Part shown: piece by piece, positions 1-15,453 of the stretch
How positions within the stretch are numbered: position 1 is the first letter of the stretch
Layout: the number at the start of each line of letters is the position of its first letter
Assembly: GCF_009914755.1 (NCBI RefSeq)
Contig: NC_060932.1
Length of the DNA stretch: 64,000 nt
From: the human T2T-CHM13v2.0 reference genome, Homo sapiens
Direction: 5' to 3' (one strand)
Position numbers and translations under genes: made by a program
Notes under the pieces: generated by a model
Databases searched by the model: none
The model's input: the letters and a program-made list of their open reading frames with translations, nothing else
Told to the model about the DNA's origin: nothing

Positions 1-365
1 AAGAAGGCATTAATAGTTATTGATGGGAGAAGGGACGGTACTAACTGAAAAGAGACAATATCCTTTTGCCCTTTGAGCCAGTGCTCTGCTACTCACTGAG
101 AAAGCTTTTGGGGCCAAGGGAGGCAGCTGAGACTGGGCTTCTTTAATACTTCGTACTGTTTTCCAAAGGAAAGATTAGGCAATGTAAAAGGTAATCTGAT
201 TCAGACTGAAGGCCGTGGTATAGCTTCTCCCAGCTTCATAAACGTTTCTACTAGACTCCCACATGATTCATTTAGAGGGTTCAAATGATCAAGAGGTTCT
301 TTTCTCAATGAAACCTGTTCCCCTCTAAAATGGCTTTTCAGTGTTCACTAAAAATCCAGTCTTAG

Positions 366-1435
366 GAGACAGTCTTTGCATAGTGTGTGGGACAAAAATA
401 ATAATAATAATAAAAAGACCATGCAAACTGAATCTATGCAAAGCAATCTTAATAACTAATGAGAAAAATTACAATTGTCCTCAATTCTTAAAAATGTTAA
501 AACACTAAAACTCTGTTACTGTAGGTTGGAAATATATAGCAAAATGAAAAAAAAGCTGGCTAAATTAATATTTACTTATAGCACCATAATTTAAAACATT
601 AGAAACATTGATAATTGAATTCCATTATTTATTTGTAAAAAAAAAGTATCAAAAATAATTTGAACATGCTTGCCTTCTCATATAACTTAAAATGTAGAAT
701 GAATATCTTTTCTATTGCGTGGTGAATTGTCACACTCTTTCCAAAGTTTGGATTAGCTTCCAGCAGTTTATCTTTTGTGCTTTTAATGTGAAATATTTCT
801 GAGATGTCCTTTAATGTGAAGATTTTTCCTGGCATCACTTCCTCTATGACATCTTCCTCTTTTCTTTTTTGTCACAAATGCTTTGCTTATTTATATTGGT
901 AAGTTGTTCACCTTAGCTAAATTCCACTGGCTGCATATCTAGACTCTCTTGAATGGCTGCGGTGTCAATATTCCCAGTCAGCTATGTCTTCTGTGCTGTG
1001 CATGTTTGATTTAAATTTTACTTATATTGTTATCGCTTTTAGTTTCTTCATTGCACTTTCATCTTTGTTGGCCAATTCTTTCTTTTGAGTATCTATTTTC
1101 ATGAAATGTGACATCGGTTTATTTCCAGCCGACCAGGAGGCAACACAACTACACACTGTGTGAACTGAACCTCAGATACCACTGGCCTGTCACCAACAGA
1201 TTTTGAAGCAAATGATGTGATTGTTCACCGATTATCAGTGCATCTGTTATTTACATAGTGATTTGTGAACTGACAAGTTAGCAGCAGTTTCTGCTTTATG
1301 CAATTGTTCTGTTAATAGACTGTGATTGTGGTAAGTGAAATTTAAACTGTGTTGTTGGGAAACTGTTGTTATTTAACTAACCTGTGATAATTGAAATTCA
1401 TGCATATTGGAACTGTGCAAAGTAAGAACAGCCTG
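366..1435 (-). mobile_element. TcMar-Tigger DNA transposon fossil (Tigger6a-like internal-deletion derivative)
   Basis: Degenerate terminal inverted repeats (ctttgcatagt 374-384 vs actgtgcaaag 1412-1422, ending ...cagcctg 1435). The minus-strand ORF 629-838 resembles a decayed transposase C-terminus. Family name from recalled consensus. Confidence 0.7.
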
Positions 1436-1559
1436 CAAATAAAGCAATACTTTCTATACCTTCACCTTCTCAGAGGATTAGAACTTCAGGGTAACTCATT
1501 TTCTTTCTTTTTTTCTTAAATTGAGGTAAACTTTACATACAGTGAATGCACAGTTCTTT

Positions 1560-1644
1560 TTTTTATTTTTATTTTATTATTATTATACTTTAAGTTTTAG
1601 GGTACATGTGCACAACGTGCAGGTTTGTTACATATGTATACATA
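1560..1644 (-). mobile_element. 85-bp extreme 3' fragment of a primate L1PA (L1PA3/4-like) inserted in an older L1M 3' end
   Basis: Poly-T followed by ttatactttaagttttagggtacatgtgcacaacgtgcagg (L1PA 3' terminus, antisense). Perfect 15-bp TSD aatgcacagttcttt at 1545-1559 and 1645-1659. Confidence 0.9.
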
Positions 1645-2969
1645 AATGCACAGTTCTTTAGAGTACAATTAGATACATATACTAATTATATTTATTGTGC
1701 GTAACTGTTACCTGAATTCCATTCATTTCTTGACTCCTTTTTTCCTGCATGAAGATTTTTCTTCTGGAGTCTGTACAAATCACCATGAGACACTCCAGTT
1801 TGGGTACTATGACATAAAAAGTCAATAGATTATCCCATGTGGGGTTTGATGAGTTTGGGGAGCCTTTTTATTTGGGCCAGATCACTCAACAACAGCTGCA
1901 GTGTTTGAGCCACCAAATCTTAAGAAGAAAAACTGTATTCTTATGATTAGATTTTTTGAAAATTGCCACTTCTTAAGATTCCTTTTAAAAATGTGGTTCA
2001 TTGGGGTTTCAAAAATAAAGATCTAGATGAACTAGCTTTCCTGATAGGTTTTAATATTATCTCAATGTTAATAGCAATATTTTTATCCCCATGATTTCAA
2101 AACTTTTGTTTTAAGGGCAAAATAACAAAGGTAAACAAAGGTAAGCGAACCACCGCCATCCTGTTTATTCTCAGGACTTCTTGGTGTTTGGTCTCATAGG
2201 AAAATCCAAAAGCCTTTCCTGGAGAAGTTCCACTTGTTTTACATAGGCTACTGGATGTCTGGCTTGATACCAATAATCTGAACTGTTATTTATTGTGGGT
2301 TCTCCATGGTGGAGGTAATTATCTCTGGACATTGAAATGACCGGATTGGGGCGTGCTCCACGGACCACTCCTGGAACACATTGCAGAGGAGAGGATTGTG
2401 TCTCTGGAACTCTTCTCCTTTGTAAGTTGAATTAATCTGAATGAATAATTCTTCACTAGAAGAAACAGATCCTGCTGAATGAAAGCACATAATGGAGCCC
2501 TAGGGGTGATCTGAGAAACAACTATAATTATCTCTTCTCTGCTTACTGCCATACTTAGGAAGGAGTCTTTGGACTAGGCAGAAAGTGATCAATTTCCTCT
2601 CATATTACCCTCAACCTGCGGCCTATTTGTACTCCTGATTGGATAAAAGGGTTAAGAAGAACAAAATGGTTGGAGAGATTTTTGAATTTTTATGATAATT
2701 ATTTGGTGTCCCAGGATCTACTGAATGTCTCAAGAGAGGAACTTTTTTCCACTTCACAAATTCTAATTTTTGACTTGATAAAGAATGATGGTAAGTGAAA
2801 AACTACATTGCTAAAATTACTGGTGCAACAAGAAAGAGGGAACTCAGGAGTTCCCACCTGAGTTCTTATCATATTTAAATTTTAAGAGTATTGTTTCTTC
2901 TAAAAATATCAAATAAAAGCTTGAGGTAAGACTTGTGTTGATGCTCAGAACTGGGAGTAAATGTACATC

Positions 2970-3077
2970 CTGGGGTTGTGTTTCTTATAGATGAATATGG
3001 TGAATGAGGTGCTAGAATAACTGTAGATTCTGGGGTTGTGTTTCTTATAGGTGAATATGGTGAGTGAGGTGCTGGAA
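2970..3077. repeat. Two-copy tandem duplication, period 60 bp
   Basis: ctggggttgtgtttcttatagRtgaatatggtgaRtgaggtgctRgaa at 2970-3017 and 3030-3077 (3 differences in 48 bp). Confidence 0.95.
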
Positions 3078-3119
3078 ACCCATATCCTGGTTAGCATTTC
3101 CCATAATTATCTTTATTAT

Positions 3120-5030
3120 TGCTAATGTTGTTATAGTAATATATGCCCATGGAAAAATTTGAAACAGTGCAAAAAAGTATGAAATGAAAAATCTCCTATG
3201 ATATTACTCAACTGTAGTCCCACTTTTTAGATATAACCACTTTTCACAGTTTCTGTTAATTCTTCTTGTTTAAATCTTATGTCTCTTTCTGTATTTAGCA
3301 ACTTTAAACAACATCTGTTTACACCCCAGTATAAAAAGAAAACATTAACTTAATCCTGTCACCCTTATACCTTTCTCCCTACTCATAATTTTTAATAATT
3401 ATACTACTCTTTATTCTTGTACATTTATAACTTTAAATATTATACTTAAATCCATTTCTTAATTAACTTCAGATAATTATCTTTTGATTTTGTCTATGTA
3501 AAGTGAGAAAAATTTCAATATTTTTATTTACAAATTTTCAAGTGCTTTAATGTTTTTATTCAATATTATAAATATAGTTAAGAATCCTATTTTGTCTTTA
3601 GGTTACTTTTAAACTCTGAGGACCTATTATTTAGTGAACAATCAAGCAGTAAGTTGTCACCCATAGAAAAGGAAATGTGTTCCTGTGGCTTCAACATTTT
3701 GTCATTTTCCTACTAGGTTCCCTTTTTTGTGTGTATGATACATTCAGCTGTCAGTGTTTTTGAGTCACTGACTTGAACACTGTTCAATTATCTCCTGTAG
3801 TGATTTTTTTTTTACATAAAATATATCTGTGAAAAAGTTTCAAAGTTTTTGCATGTCTAAAATGCATTTATTTTGTGGTCACATGTTATTAGTAGTTTAG
3901 TTACGTGAAGAGTTCTAGAGTCATATTGATTTCTCCCCCTTGGAACTTTGAAGACATTGCTCCATTGCTTTTCAACATGCACTATTTTGAATGAAATATG
4001 TAATAGCAATATGATTATTTGTTATTTTTGTTTTCTCTTTCTGGATGCTTCTAGAATTTTGTCTGTATCCTTGTTTTTATATTTTACTAGAATGTGTCTA
4101 GGTATAAGGCTTTTTCAATTATCTTTCTGATACCATTTATTCTAGTAATTTTCTTCAGCTCTAAAATATTTTCTTCGACTACATCTTTGATTATTACTTC
4201 CCTCCTATTTTTTTTCCTGTAGTTTCTTCTGTTTTAACTCATCTTATAAGACATTTCTCTATTTTTTTAAAATCTTTTTGTCTTTTTTGCTAAAAGGTTA
4301 GGAGAGTACCATAACTATTTATCCAACATTTCTATTGATTTTTTTCCAATCATATTTTTACTTTATAAAATCTTTTTTGTGTTCTTTTATTGATATAATT
4401 TTTGTTTTATAGATGGCAGTCTGGTTTTCTGGGTATCATAATTGTCATTAATCAATTTATCGAATTTAGATTTTTAAAAAAGTTGTCTTCCATTCCCCCA
4501 AATAATCTTGTTTTACTCAAAATTATTCATTCTTCTGATCTTTTCAGTTTTCTTTCACATTGTTGATACTTCTCAAATGCTGAGCAGCTTCTTATTAATT
4601 CATTTTAGAATTACTTATAAGGGTCTAGGTTGATTATTATAGGTAATTGATGTTGATTTCTTCTGCCATTATGCAGATCTTTTTCCTCAATGGGGGTCTG
4701 CTCCAAATGGAAAGTTGGTTTTGAGCTTTGTGAATCTGGTTAAGGCATGCCAATTGGCAAGCTTTGTTTCTGGCTTGGCAAGCACAGATGGCAGGCAGGT
4801 AATTCTGCTCTCTCCAGGTTTAAATGAGAGAGGCTTTACTGTGGTCTGTAATATTTATGCTAAGAAATGTTTTGTTCCTCTTATTTGGAGCACATTTATT
4901 TTTCTCTTTCATTTATTCTTTTTTTGGCCCTTCTATAGATATTTTCTCTTTTATTTCTCTTACTCACACCAAGTCCTGAGTTTTCCTGGGAATGATAGCT
5001 CTCACATCTCTGAGGAAAACACATGGATTA
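3120..5030 (-). mobile_element. Ancient L1ME/HAL1-type LINE fragments
   Basis: T-rich degenerate sequence with motifs typical of antisense old L1 ORF1/HAL1 (ttgaagacattgctccattg, ctctttctggatgcttctagaattttgtct). Boundaries approximate. Confidence 0.5.
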
Positions 5031-5396
5031 GGTAAACCTTCATTAAAGTACAACAAAGGAGGTTAATTTGATTTGAGGAGAACTGCTTGAACTTTGTAGT
5101 CTCCAAATGTTTTTCAGATTTTAATAATGTAAACAGTGGTTGTTTGCTTGGAATAGCTGATTGAAGAGCTCAAATTAAGTAAAATTCCTCTTGAAGACTT
5201 CTAGCTCTCTGGATTTTTAAATGGTTTGTTTGCAAACTACGGGCTCTGTATTTTTTCCATCTGGATGGGCTCATAGAATAATCAGTAGATTATTAATAGT
5301 TTTAAAAAAGTGATCTGCTTCATTCTATGTCATAGGCCCATTATTCAATCCTTAGCAAGGTATTCTCTATTTCACCAGATAAGTCCATTGATTAAT

Positions 5397-5469
5397 CTGT
5401 TCAGTTTTTAAAAGTTTTTAAAAACTGTTCAGTTTTTAAAAGTTTTTAAAAACTGTTCAGTTTTTAAAA
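5397..5469. repeat. 28-bp tandem repeat x2.6 built from alternating inverted 12-mers
   Basis: Unit ctgttcagtttttaaaagtttttaaaaa at 5397, 5425 and (partial) 5453, exact copies. Confidence 0.95.
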
Positions 5470-5739
5470 TTATTCTACCTTGCCCTGCATTATAGGTCCA
5501 TTGATTAACCAGGCATGTCTTCTGAACGCTATTAGTTTCCTTCCAAACTGATTTTAAATGTGTGCTTCTTGGGCCAATATTCTACATGATGAACATCTGG
5601 GCTTTAAGTTTTACTCATCTAATATTGACAATATTCACCCATGACTTTACATCATAACTTTGTGAATAAAAAAGTACTTAACATTTTTTGATATTTTATT
5701 GGCCTTTGATCCAGGGCAGTTCGCAGGTATTAACCAAGT

Positions 5740-5945
5740 CCAAAGTGGACAAAGTTTTTCTTAAAGGAGTATAGAATAAATATTTCAGTCTCACTGTCAT
5801 AAAGTCTCTATTGCAGCCACTCAGATTGTACATTGGAACACAAAAGCAGCATGGATAACACATAAACAAATGGGTGTGGTTGTGTTTCAAAAAATCTTTA
5901 TTTAGACATCTGGCCTGTGGACTGTAGTTTTTCAGCTTCTAGACT
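5740..5945. mobile_element. MER58A-like hAT-Charlie MITE
   Basis: aaaagcagcatggataacacataaacaaatgggtgtggttgtgtttcaaaaaatctttattta and tggcctgtggactgtagttt match recalled MER58 consensus. Confidence 0.7.
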
Positions 5946-6934
5946 AAGCCATATAAAAGTGATATAAACTCCTCATTACTGAGATTCACAAAGAAACTGC
6001 ATTCTAAAACCTCCCGACAAAATGAGATACTTGGTGCCTACCACTGGTTTGAGAATAGGCTCATTGAAAATATGCTAGTGCACAATAGGCATATATTTTC
6101 TTCTTTGTTCTCCTGATATCATAATGACTTGAAACTGCTTCTGAAGTAAATAGATTCATGCTATTCAGAATCGAAAGATAAATATTTTTCTTTACATCAA
6201 TAACATGAGTTTTCTGTCTCAAGTTATAATTGATTTTGCTATCAAGCTGTCTTAAAAGATGAATGTACATCATTTCACTATTCTAGATCCCAAATGATCA
6301 TTTTTGGTAAATACCTTCCAACATTTAATTGGCTTATATTCAATTATGTTTTCTCAAATTGTTCATTTTCATGAAGATGTATTTTCAGCCAATGTATTTT
6401 TAAGAGTTCTCTAAGAAATTACATTGTTCAAAGTTGGACACTGTGAAGGCTATGAGAGGTTCTATATTGTTTGAAATGTTTATAAGATATTGTGATTTAA
6501 GATAGGCTCTATGACACAGAATTCTTGGATCCTTATTGCCTACTTGTCTTTGCCTCAGGATAAAACCAGAACTGTTTCCTTAGGAAGCTGTGGCTTACCC
6601 TCTCAGGTACTACCTTTATGCATCTCTGTTCAGAGATAGATAGTCTGATATTCAGGAACATATCTTGATGGAATTCATTTATTTTCCTGGGGTATGAAAG
6701 GATTGAAGGATGAAATCCTATTGTTCACTTAGTTGATCACTAACGCATATAGGTCCTGCCCTTCCTCAATGTTAGATAATTTGAAATTGAGTTTTCTGCT
6801 TTGAAATTCGGATAGCTCAAATGTGGAAAAATACAATTTATGGACTATTTCTGAATTGACATTAATATATTCTTTTTATGTAAAATTTTTTTTCACCCTG
6901 TCTTATGGTGCAGAATATATTCTTTTCTTTAAAA

Positions 6935-7115
6935 AAACTGTCAGAGGCCTGGTGTTCCACAGGGACTGCCATGGTAGACAGAGGGTAAGTGGTGTGACAG
7001 GTCTGTTGATGAGTGGGTTCTCCGGACTCCCCAGTCAGGAGTCAAACAGATCAGCTCCACACACAGTTTCATACGGATAAAAATGTCTACTGCTAAAAAG
7101 TTTGAGAACCATTGA
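6935..7115. mobile_element. hAT-Charlie MITE remnant (MER102/MER112-like)
   Basis: Ends in ctgctaaaaagtttgagaaccattg, a hAT-type terminus. Subfamily uncertain. Confidence 0.45.
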
Positions 7116-7649
7116 CCTAAAGACAGTCTAATTCTGGGCTCTTAGCTGTCAGAGAGCTGTGTAATAAGACCACAGTCTTTCAGTCTTTCATGTAACTGCT
7201 CTTACAAAATTGTGTCTTGGTGTCATTACTTTGGCTTTTTGTTGAGCTTCATTACAAGAAACAGTTAAAAGAAGCTCACTATTCCATTCTTGGTAAGTCT
7301 ATCACTGAGGACCTTGCCTTCCATGATGCATACAATATCCCTCTATGAAGATCTATTAAAGATTTTCCCTCTTGAACCAGGACACTGGGGCCCTTCTATT
7401 CAATTGATTTTATTTAATTTCATGGATATTATGCAATTCACAACTATTAATTAATTAGCCATTAGGAATGTCCTGAATTTGGACCTCTCCTTTGGAAACT
7501 AATTACATGCAGTTTTGCACAGTTGGTTTACACATAATTTTGTCTAAATTTCTTTCATTTATTAATTGTATGCCTCCATGCCTCTGTTTACTTTTATATG
7601 TATGGTTGTGTGTATTTCTTTGAATTTATTTAAATCCGTTTGTATGAAA

Positions 7650-8205
7650 TGAGTCAGTCACACAGGATTCTCTGTTACAAGGGATAGAAAATTCAATCCA
7701 AGGTGGCTTAAAAAAAAGGAGAGCTTATTCTGTTATATAACAACAGCAGAAATTTAGGGATAGGCCTGGCCTCAAATATTGCCTGACGAACGGTTCATGC
7801 AAATGTCACAAGGATCAGATTTCTCTCAAGCTTTCAGTGCAGTCTTCTGCTGCATTGGTTTTATTCTCAGACAAATTATCCCCCTATATGACAATAATAA
7901 GATGTCTATAAGAGCTCCAGTTTGGATGGTCCACCTTCCTAAAAATGTCTGCTAATATCCTAGAATTAAGTCCGATTTGGTATGATTCAATGGATTTTGG
8001 TAATGTGTCCATTTCTGACCAATACTTGAGGTCCGCAAGTAGAACGTGGTGTTTCTAGTCCTAGGTCACATTGTAGACCCTGGCCATGGTGTCAGCAGCC
8101 TACGAGGAGGCACAGATGGGGGATTTTCCCAAATCCAAAGCAGAATATGTTTTACACAAGAAAAGAAGTAATTGTAGGAGCAAAACAAAGAAAAAGCTGT
8201 CCATT
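7650..8205 (-). mobile_element. Old MaLR solo LTR (MLT1K/J-like)
   Basis: Motifs caggattctctgttacaagggatagaaa, cattggttttattctcagaca and gtcctaggtcaca, typical of antisense MLT1J/K. Confidence 0.6.
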
Positions 8206-8678
8206 TGTTGGGATATAATTAAAAATGTAATGATAGTGAGTTATTTTTCAGCACTCTAAAAAACAAAAGCATTGAATTATTCTCCATGGTCTCTGGAATG
8301 GTAATTTGTATGGGATAACCATAAAATAATGGAAATGGCTTTTTAACAGACATGAAAGAATTTATATATTCAAGTGAGAATAGCATTTCAAGGTCATTAC
8401 CTTGGGGATCTATACACATAATGATAATAACTACCACTAATTGAATGTCTGCTCTTCCAGGAATTTTAGGAATGTAGCTAAGAGAAAATAACGTTACTTT
8501 AAATGCTGACCACCAAATTCTTCTCAGAAACAGTCTCTATGGGCACAAGAATGTCCTTGTGAGTGAAAATAAGGGGTAATTAAACTGATTTTTGAAAAAA
8601 ATACAACAAAAATTTTGGTGTTTGGGAGCAGAGGGGGAGATATGAGGAAAATGTTGGGTATGAGAGGAAGCCATTTTA

Positions 8679-11175
<2,497 letters not shown>

Positions 11176-11564
11176 GGTATGAGAGGAAGCCATTTTAGCA
11201 GGAAAGTTGGTTGGGAGCAGACAACAGCCCTCAATATTTTGAATATTTACTTTAAAGTCTGTTAATATTCTGTTACTGTCTACTAGGCATAAAGGCTTGA
11301 GTGAGTGGTGGTGCTTTGGGGAAATCAGACAAAAAAGGGGCTGTGCTTCCTGTGGGGTGGCACAGTTAGAGAAAAGAGGAAGACACAAGAGGCAGGATGT
11401 GAAAGAGATCAAAGATTTAGTAGAAATAGTAATTTAGAAGAAGAGATGACCATGGAAGTGGGACTCAATAGAGCCTTTGGGACTGAACTTTCCAGAGGTT
11501 GCAGCATGAAAAGGAAAAGATGATCTCTGCTGACAATTAGATTAGAAATATGGCACTACAAATT

Positions 11565-11720
11565 TCCCCAGCAATCCTGTATTAGTATCCATATTTGCTG
11601 ATGTACAAACTCAGATTCTGAGAGATCAAGTGACTTGCCCAAGGTCATACAGCTTATAAACTGGCACAGCTAGAAGTTAATTCCAGGTCTGATTCTAAAG
11701 CACATGCTCTTCCACTATAT
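11565..11720 (-). mobile_element. MIR SINE
   Basis: Core gagatcaagtgacttgcccaaggtcatacagct. Confidence 0.8.
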
Positions 11721-13654
11721 TTGCCCATATTTCATCTTTATTCAAAACTGTTTTGCGTGCTCATCATTTACATTTGAGTGGAGTTATTTGATGTTTATAA
11801 TAAAATATATAACTGCCACTGAACTGAAACACTTATATTTGCATGCTCTTCCAAAAGGAAGGTCAACATGGAATGCCAATTAAAATCAAATAAATACTTG
11901 TTGAACATCAAATTGTTATAAGAGAAATTAGTTAAGGCAAATATTCATTCAGACCACATTAAGATAGCCTTAAGGTTGTTAAGAAAGATAATTTTCAGGA
12001 AAAAGTTGTAATCCTGACTCGTACAGATATAAATATTTAAAAATGAACATGTTACAGAATTTATTTTACTCATTCAATGAAGTAACATGGCCAATGTTAT
12101 AACTGGTTGAAATGAAAAGTAAAAAAGCACAAATGTATTTGGAATAAAGGAATTGAACTGCAAGTGGAGGCAAAACTAGTTTTTCTACAGCAGAGAAAGG
12201 AAACCAATGAAAACTCTGCTGGACAAGACATAATTTATGCACTTATCAACTTAGAGAGAGTTGTAAAATAGCTTGAAGAAAATGAATGGCTAGACTCTGA
12301 TATCCTAGAAGGACGTGCTATATATAGATCCACATAGTGTTCCATTTAAAAACAATTTTTTTAACTTGTTTTACTGAAATAGACCAGAAATACTTAAAGC
12401 TTTGGCTAAAGTGTCCTCTCTTTTAGGAGGAGCATGTTGAAATATGTTTGGGGCACAAGTTGGGGCAGGTCTACTCTTTGTCTGTCCCATATCTGTGCTT
12501 TTTCATGGCTGACAAATCCTCCTTTCATATGCACATTATTTATTAAAAATATGAATATATTAAGTCTGATTTTAATGAAGTCTTGAAGGCCTTGTGAGTC
12601 ATTGTGTTCCATATGGCTCTATAATTTTGGCCCAGTAAATATCCTTCGACATCCCCTAATCTATTAATATTTGGTACTGGATTTGAATGGCAAGAGCTCA
12701 GACAGTGAGGTCAGATGACTTCATCTGAATCTTTTATACTGAATTTTTAGATAGTGAGTAATGAGAATTTGGAGAGATGGGGGATACCAATCCTAAATAA
12801 AAAATGTTTATCTAGATTTATTCATATAATGCAAGTTTGGAAACAAAGAGCTAACATGTTGACCTTACAGTTTAGTGTCAGAGAATGATGAGAACTATCA
12901 TATGTACTTTATTTCCAAACTTTTGTACCTTTTAAGGAGTATCTATAGGAGTTTTGGTTGATGGTATGTAATGAATGGCATGAATAAGAATAGGAATGAT
13001 TTCTGAGAGTCATTGCTGGAGGAAGTTATGGGGTTTGAGATAAAGAAAGGTGGAATGACTACAAAGGCTGATGCAATATTCAGCATACTTTCTGACATGG
13101 TCCCTATAAACAAGGTACTGAAAGGGCATCAACAGAAGCTGATAAGCCTGCCACACAAAAGAGAAGAATGTGTGAAAATAATATATGGAGGATACTGAGA
13201 CCTGAGTTCTCAGGGACACTGGTGAAGTATAGGCATGAGCCCTGCATACCATGGTGTAAAAGCACTGGAGTAATAGTGGTAGGTCAAGATGTACCAGATA
13301 GATTAGATTAGGTGAGCCTTTGGAAATGAAGTCAAGAGAACTGAGTTGATCTCATGAATTTGGGGATTTAAGACCATGAGTTACATTACATCATAGGAAC
13401 GCTCTTCAGTTTATGCATGGTGAAAGGTTGGATCCTTGGACTCTGAGAGTTCCAGAGTCCTCATTTGAAGGAATAAGGCCTTTGATGTGCAAGAGTCATG
13501 GCAAGGAATCTGGGTCCTGTGACCCATGTGACATTGGTATGGCCTGACTTGCAGGACACAGGGTATGAGGGAGACTTAAGTTCTCCTGGGCTTTGAGGAG
13601 AACAAGACTTTTGGCAAGGTGAGATTAATTTCATTAAATGTAACGCCAATTTTT

Positions 13655-13830
13655 AAAAACAAAATTCCATTCTTAAAGGTTGAGGATTTGCCACTGTCAA
13701 GGATGCATATGCAGAGTATATTAGAGCATATCACAATAAGGACATGACCTTACAAGTTGACTGCTTTGAAGTACCTAAAAATCTTATGTACAGATTTGTA
13801 AAATTCAGTCACATTAATATTTTATATCTC
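13655..13830. mobile_element. Possible MARNA (TcMar-Mariner) fragment
   Basis: aaaggttgaggatttgccactgtcaaggat ... gttgactgctttgaag ... aaattcagtcacatta resemble recalled MARNA consensus. Highly diverged. Confidence 0.4.
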
Positions 13831-14519
13831 TTTGTGCATTATAATTTTTTCTGCATAGTATATTGTGGTCTATTGATGATCTGAAGTAAAAATTAAATTA
13901 ATGCATCATTTCAAGATTTATTTGTTGTAAAATCCTCTTTTGTCAAAAGATACCTTTGTATAAAGAGCACTTATCTTAATGTAGTTTTAAAAGATATTAT
14001 AACCAAAAGGAAACCCTTCCTCAAATTCCTTTTATCACTTTAAAATAAAGCTTTAATCAAAAGACATTGACCTGCTCTTGTAAAAACTGCCTTGGAGAAT
14101 CAGGGTATCTGATTCATAGAATTGACTATAATAGCTTCTCCAATGCCATTGTACCCTGTCAGGCATGTACTTCTCCAGGGACTTCTGAGAATACACATGA
14201 CAGATTACGATTGTTCAAATATGTGCTTAGTAAATTTCTCCGATGTCTTTGTCAGATTGGAAATAGTGTGTACCCTGACATTACGTCCTGTGTAATATGT
14301 TATCAATTTCCTATGGTAATTTATCATGACATAGTCTTGGGTATATTCATGGTCTTCTGTGCCAGTGAGTTTCCAAACCTGGTATGGTGAACAACAATAC
14401 TTTACGTAGTCTTTTTGCAGATTCATTTTGTACAGTAAAATAATTTTTTGATCTTTTTCAATTAAATTCAGTATATTAACTTTACATTTCTTATTCTTCT
14501 TTAATAAAAAGCCTTGAAG

Positions 14520-14947
14520 CATTAGTTCAGCAGCTTGGTGTCATGAAGGACTCAAAGTTGTTTGATCTTTTGTCTTTTTGATCTATTCTTATCATTGGCA
14601 TAGCACTAGCCATCACATTCTTATACCAGTATTCCAAGCTGTGAGAAAAGTGTAGGAGTATGATCTTTTCTCCTTATGAGATGCTATCATTTTATTCAGG
14701 GATGGAAGTCCCACACTGACTTTCCTGTAAAGTTCATTGGCCAGAACTGGGTCAAGTGCCTACTCCTAAGCCATTGACTGGTGTAGACCATCATAGAATG
14801 GAGGAGTGGCCATTTTTTTGGGGTAAGATTATAATCTCTTCTAGATTCTATAATACACTAGAATACAAAATTCAGAACTCTCCTAGCAGGAAATAGATGG
14901 GAAAGGTGACAAGGTTTGTCGGATGTGTAATGGATAATGTTTGCTAT
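14520..14947 (-). mobile_element. Old MaLR LTR fragment (MLT1K/L-like)
   Basis: tcattggccagaactgggtca and cactagccatcacat motifs. Confidence 0.55.
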
Positions 14948-15396
14948 CACGCTGATGTAGATGTGTGATGAGGGGGTCCAGGGGAAAATAAGGCTGTAGG
15001 AAGATGTGTTGTACAGGTAGTGCACATTGTAGAAGGATAACTTAGAGGCAATGAGTCAAATTAGAGGGAGAACTTAGGTATAAGGGCAAAGTTATGAGTG
15101 TCCATATTAGGTCATGGTGGTGGGAATCAAGAAAAAGGAAGCAATACAATATTTTAGGGAGAGATTCTCTGCATAGGAGAAAAAGAGTAAATATATATGG
15201 AAAAGACAAGCCAACCAATACATGATGTTTAGGAAAAATTTGAACACCTAATTGTCTACCAAGAAAAGTTGACTTTAGGTGGGAGAAATCTGGGAATATG
15301 TGGTCCCTTAATATAGTGGGATTTCAGTGGGTCTGAGAAGGGGTTTAGAGAAAAGCAAAACAAAGTAATTCCAGCATTAAGGTTATGTTCCTTGGA

Positions 15397-15439
<43 letters not shown>

Positions 15440-15453
15440 TACATATATATATA
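15397..15453. repeat. (TA)n microsatellite with two interruptions
   Basis: Directly visible. Confidence 0.98.

Noticed and set aside
2350-2371. RE1/REST-like gctccacggaccactcc (also a left half-site ttcagcaccatg at ~21104)
   Set aside because: Too many mismatches in the first case, and no right half-site in the second.
2171-2552. Three overlapping minus-strand ORFs (65-77 aa) and a possible + exon 2175-2420 (ctcag|...|gtaagt)
   Set aside because: No recognisable protein similarity and no coherent coding exon structure. The + candidate has stops in all frames and a weak TTT exon end.
6559-6606. 48-nt in-frame exon candidate (DKTRTVSLGSCGLPSQ), which with the AAG and 42-nt candidates superficially recalls NCAM1 MSD exon sizes
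   Set aside because: Weak gtacta donor. The peptide and exon order do not match NCAM1 and the 42-nt exon has stops in all frames. Coincidence.
13010-13250. ORF with faint resemblance to a CR1/L3 RT segment (KADAIF...DMVP)
   Set aside because: Similarity too weak to support by eye. It needs an nhmmer search against Dfam.
14067-14390. 107-aa Cys-rich ORF with CxxC pairs
   Set aside because: Starts at TTG, spacing matches no zinc-finger family I know, there is no good acceptor, and an ORF also exists on the opposite strand. Likely chance.
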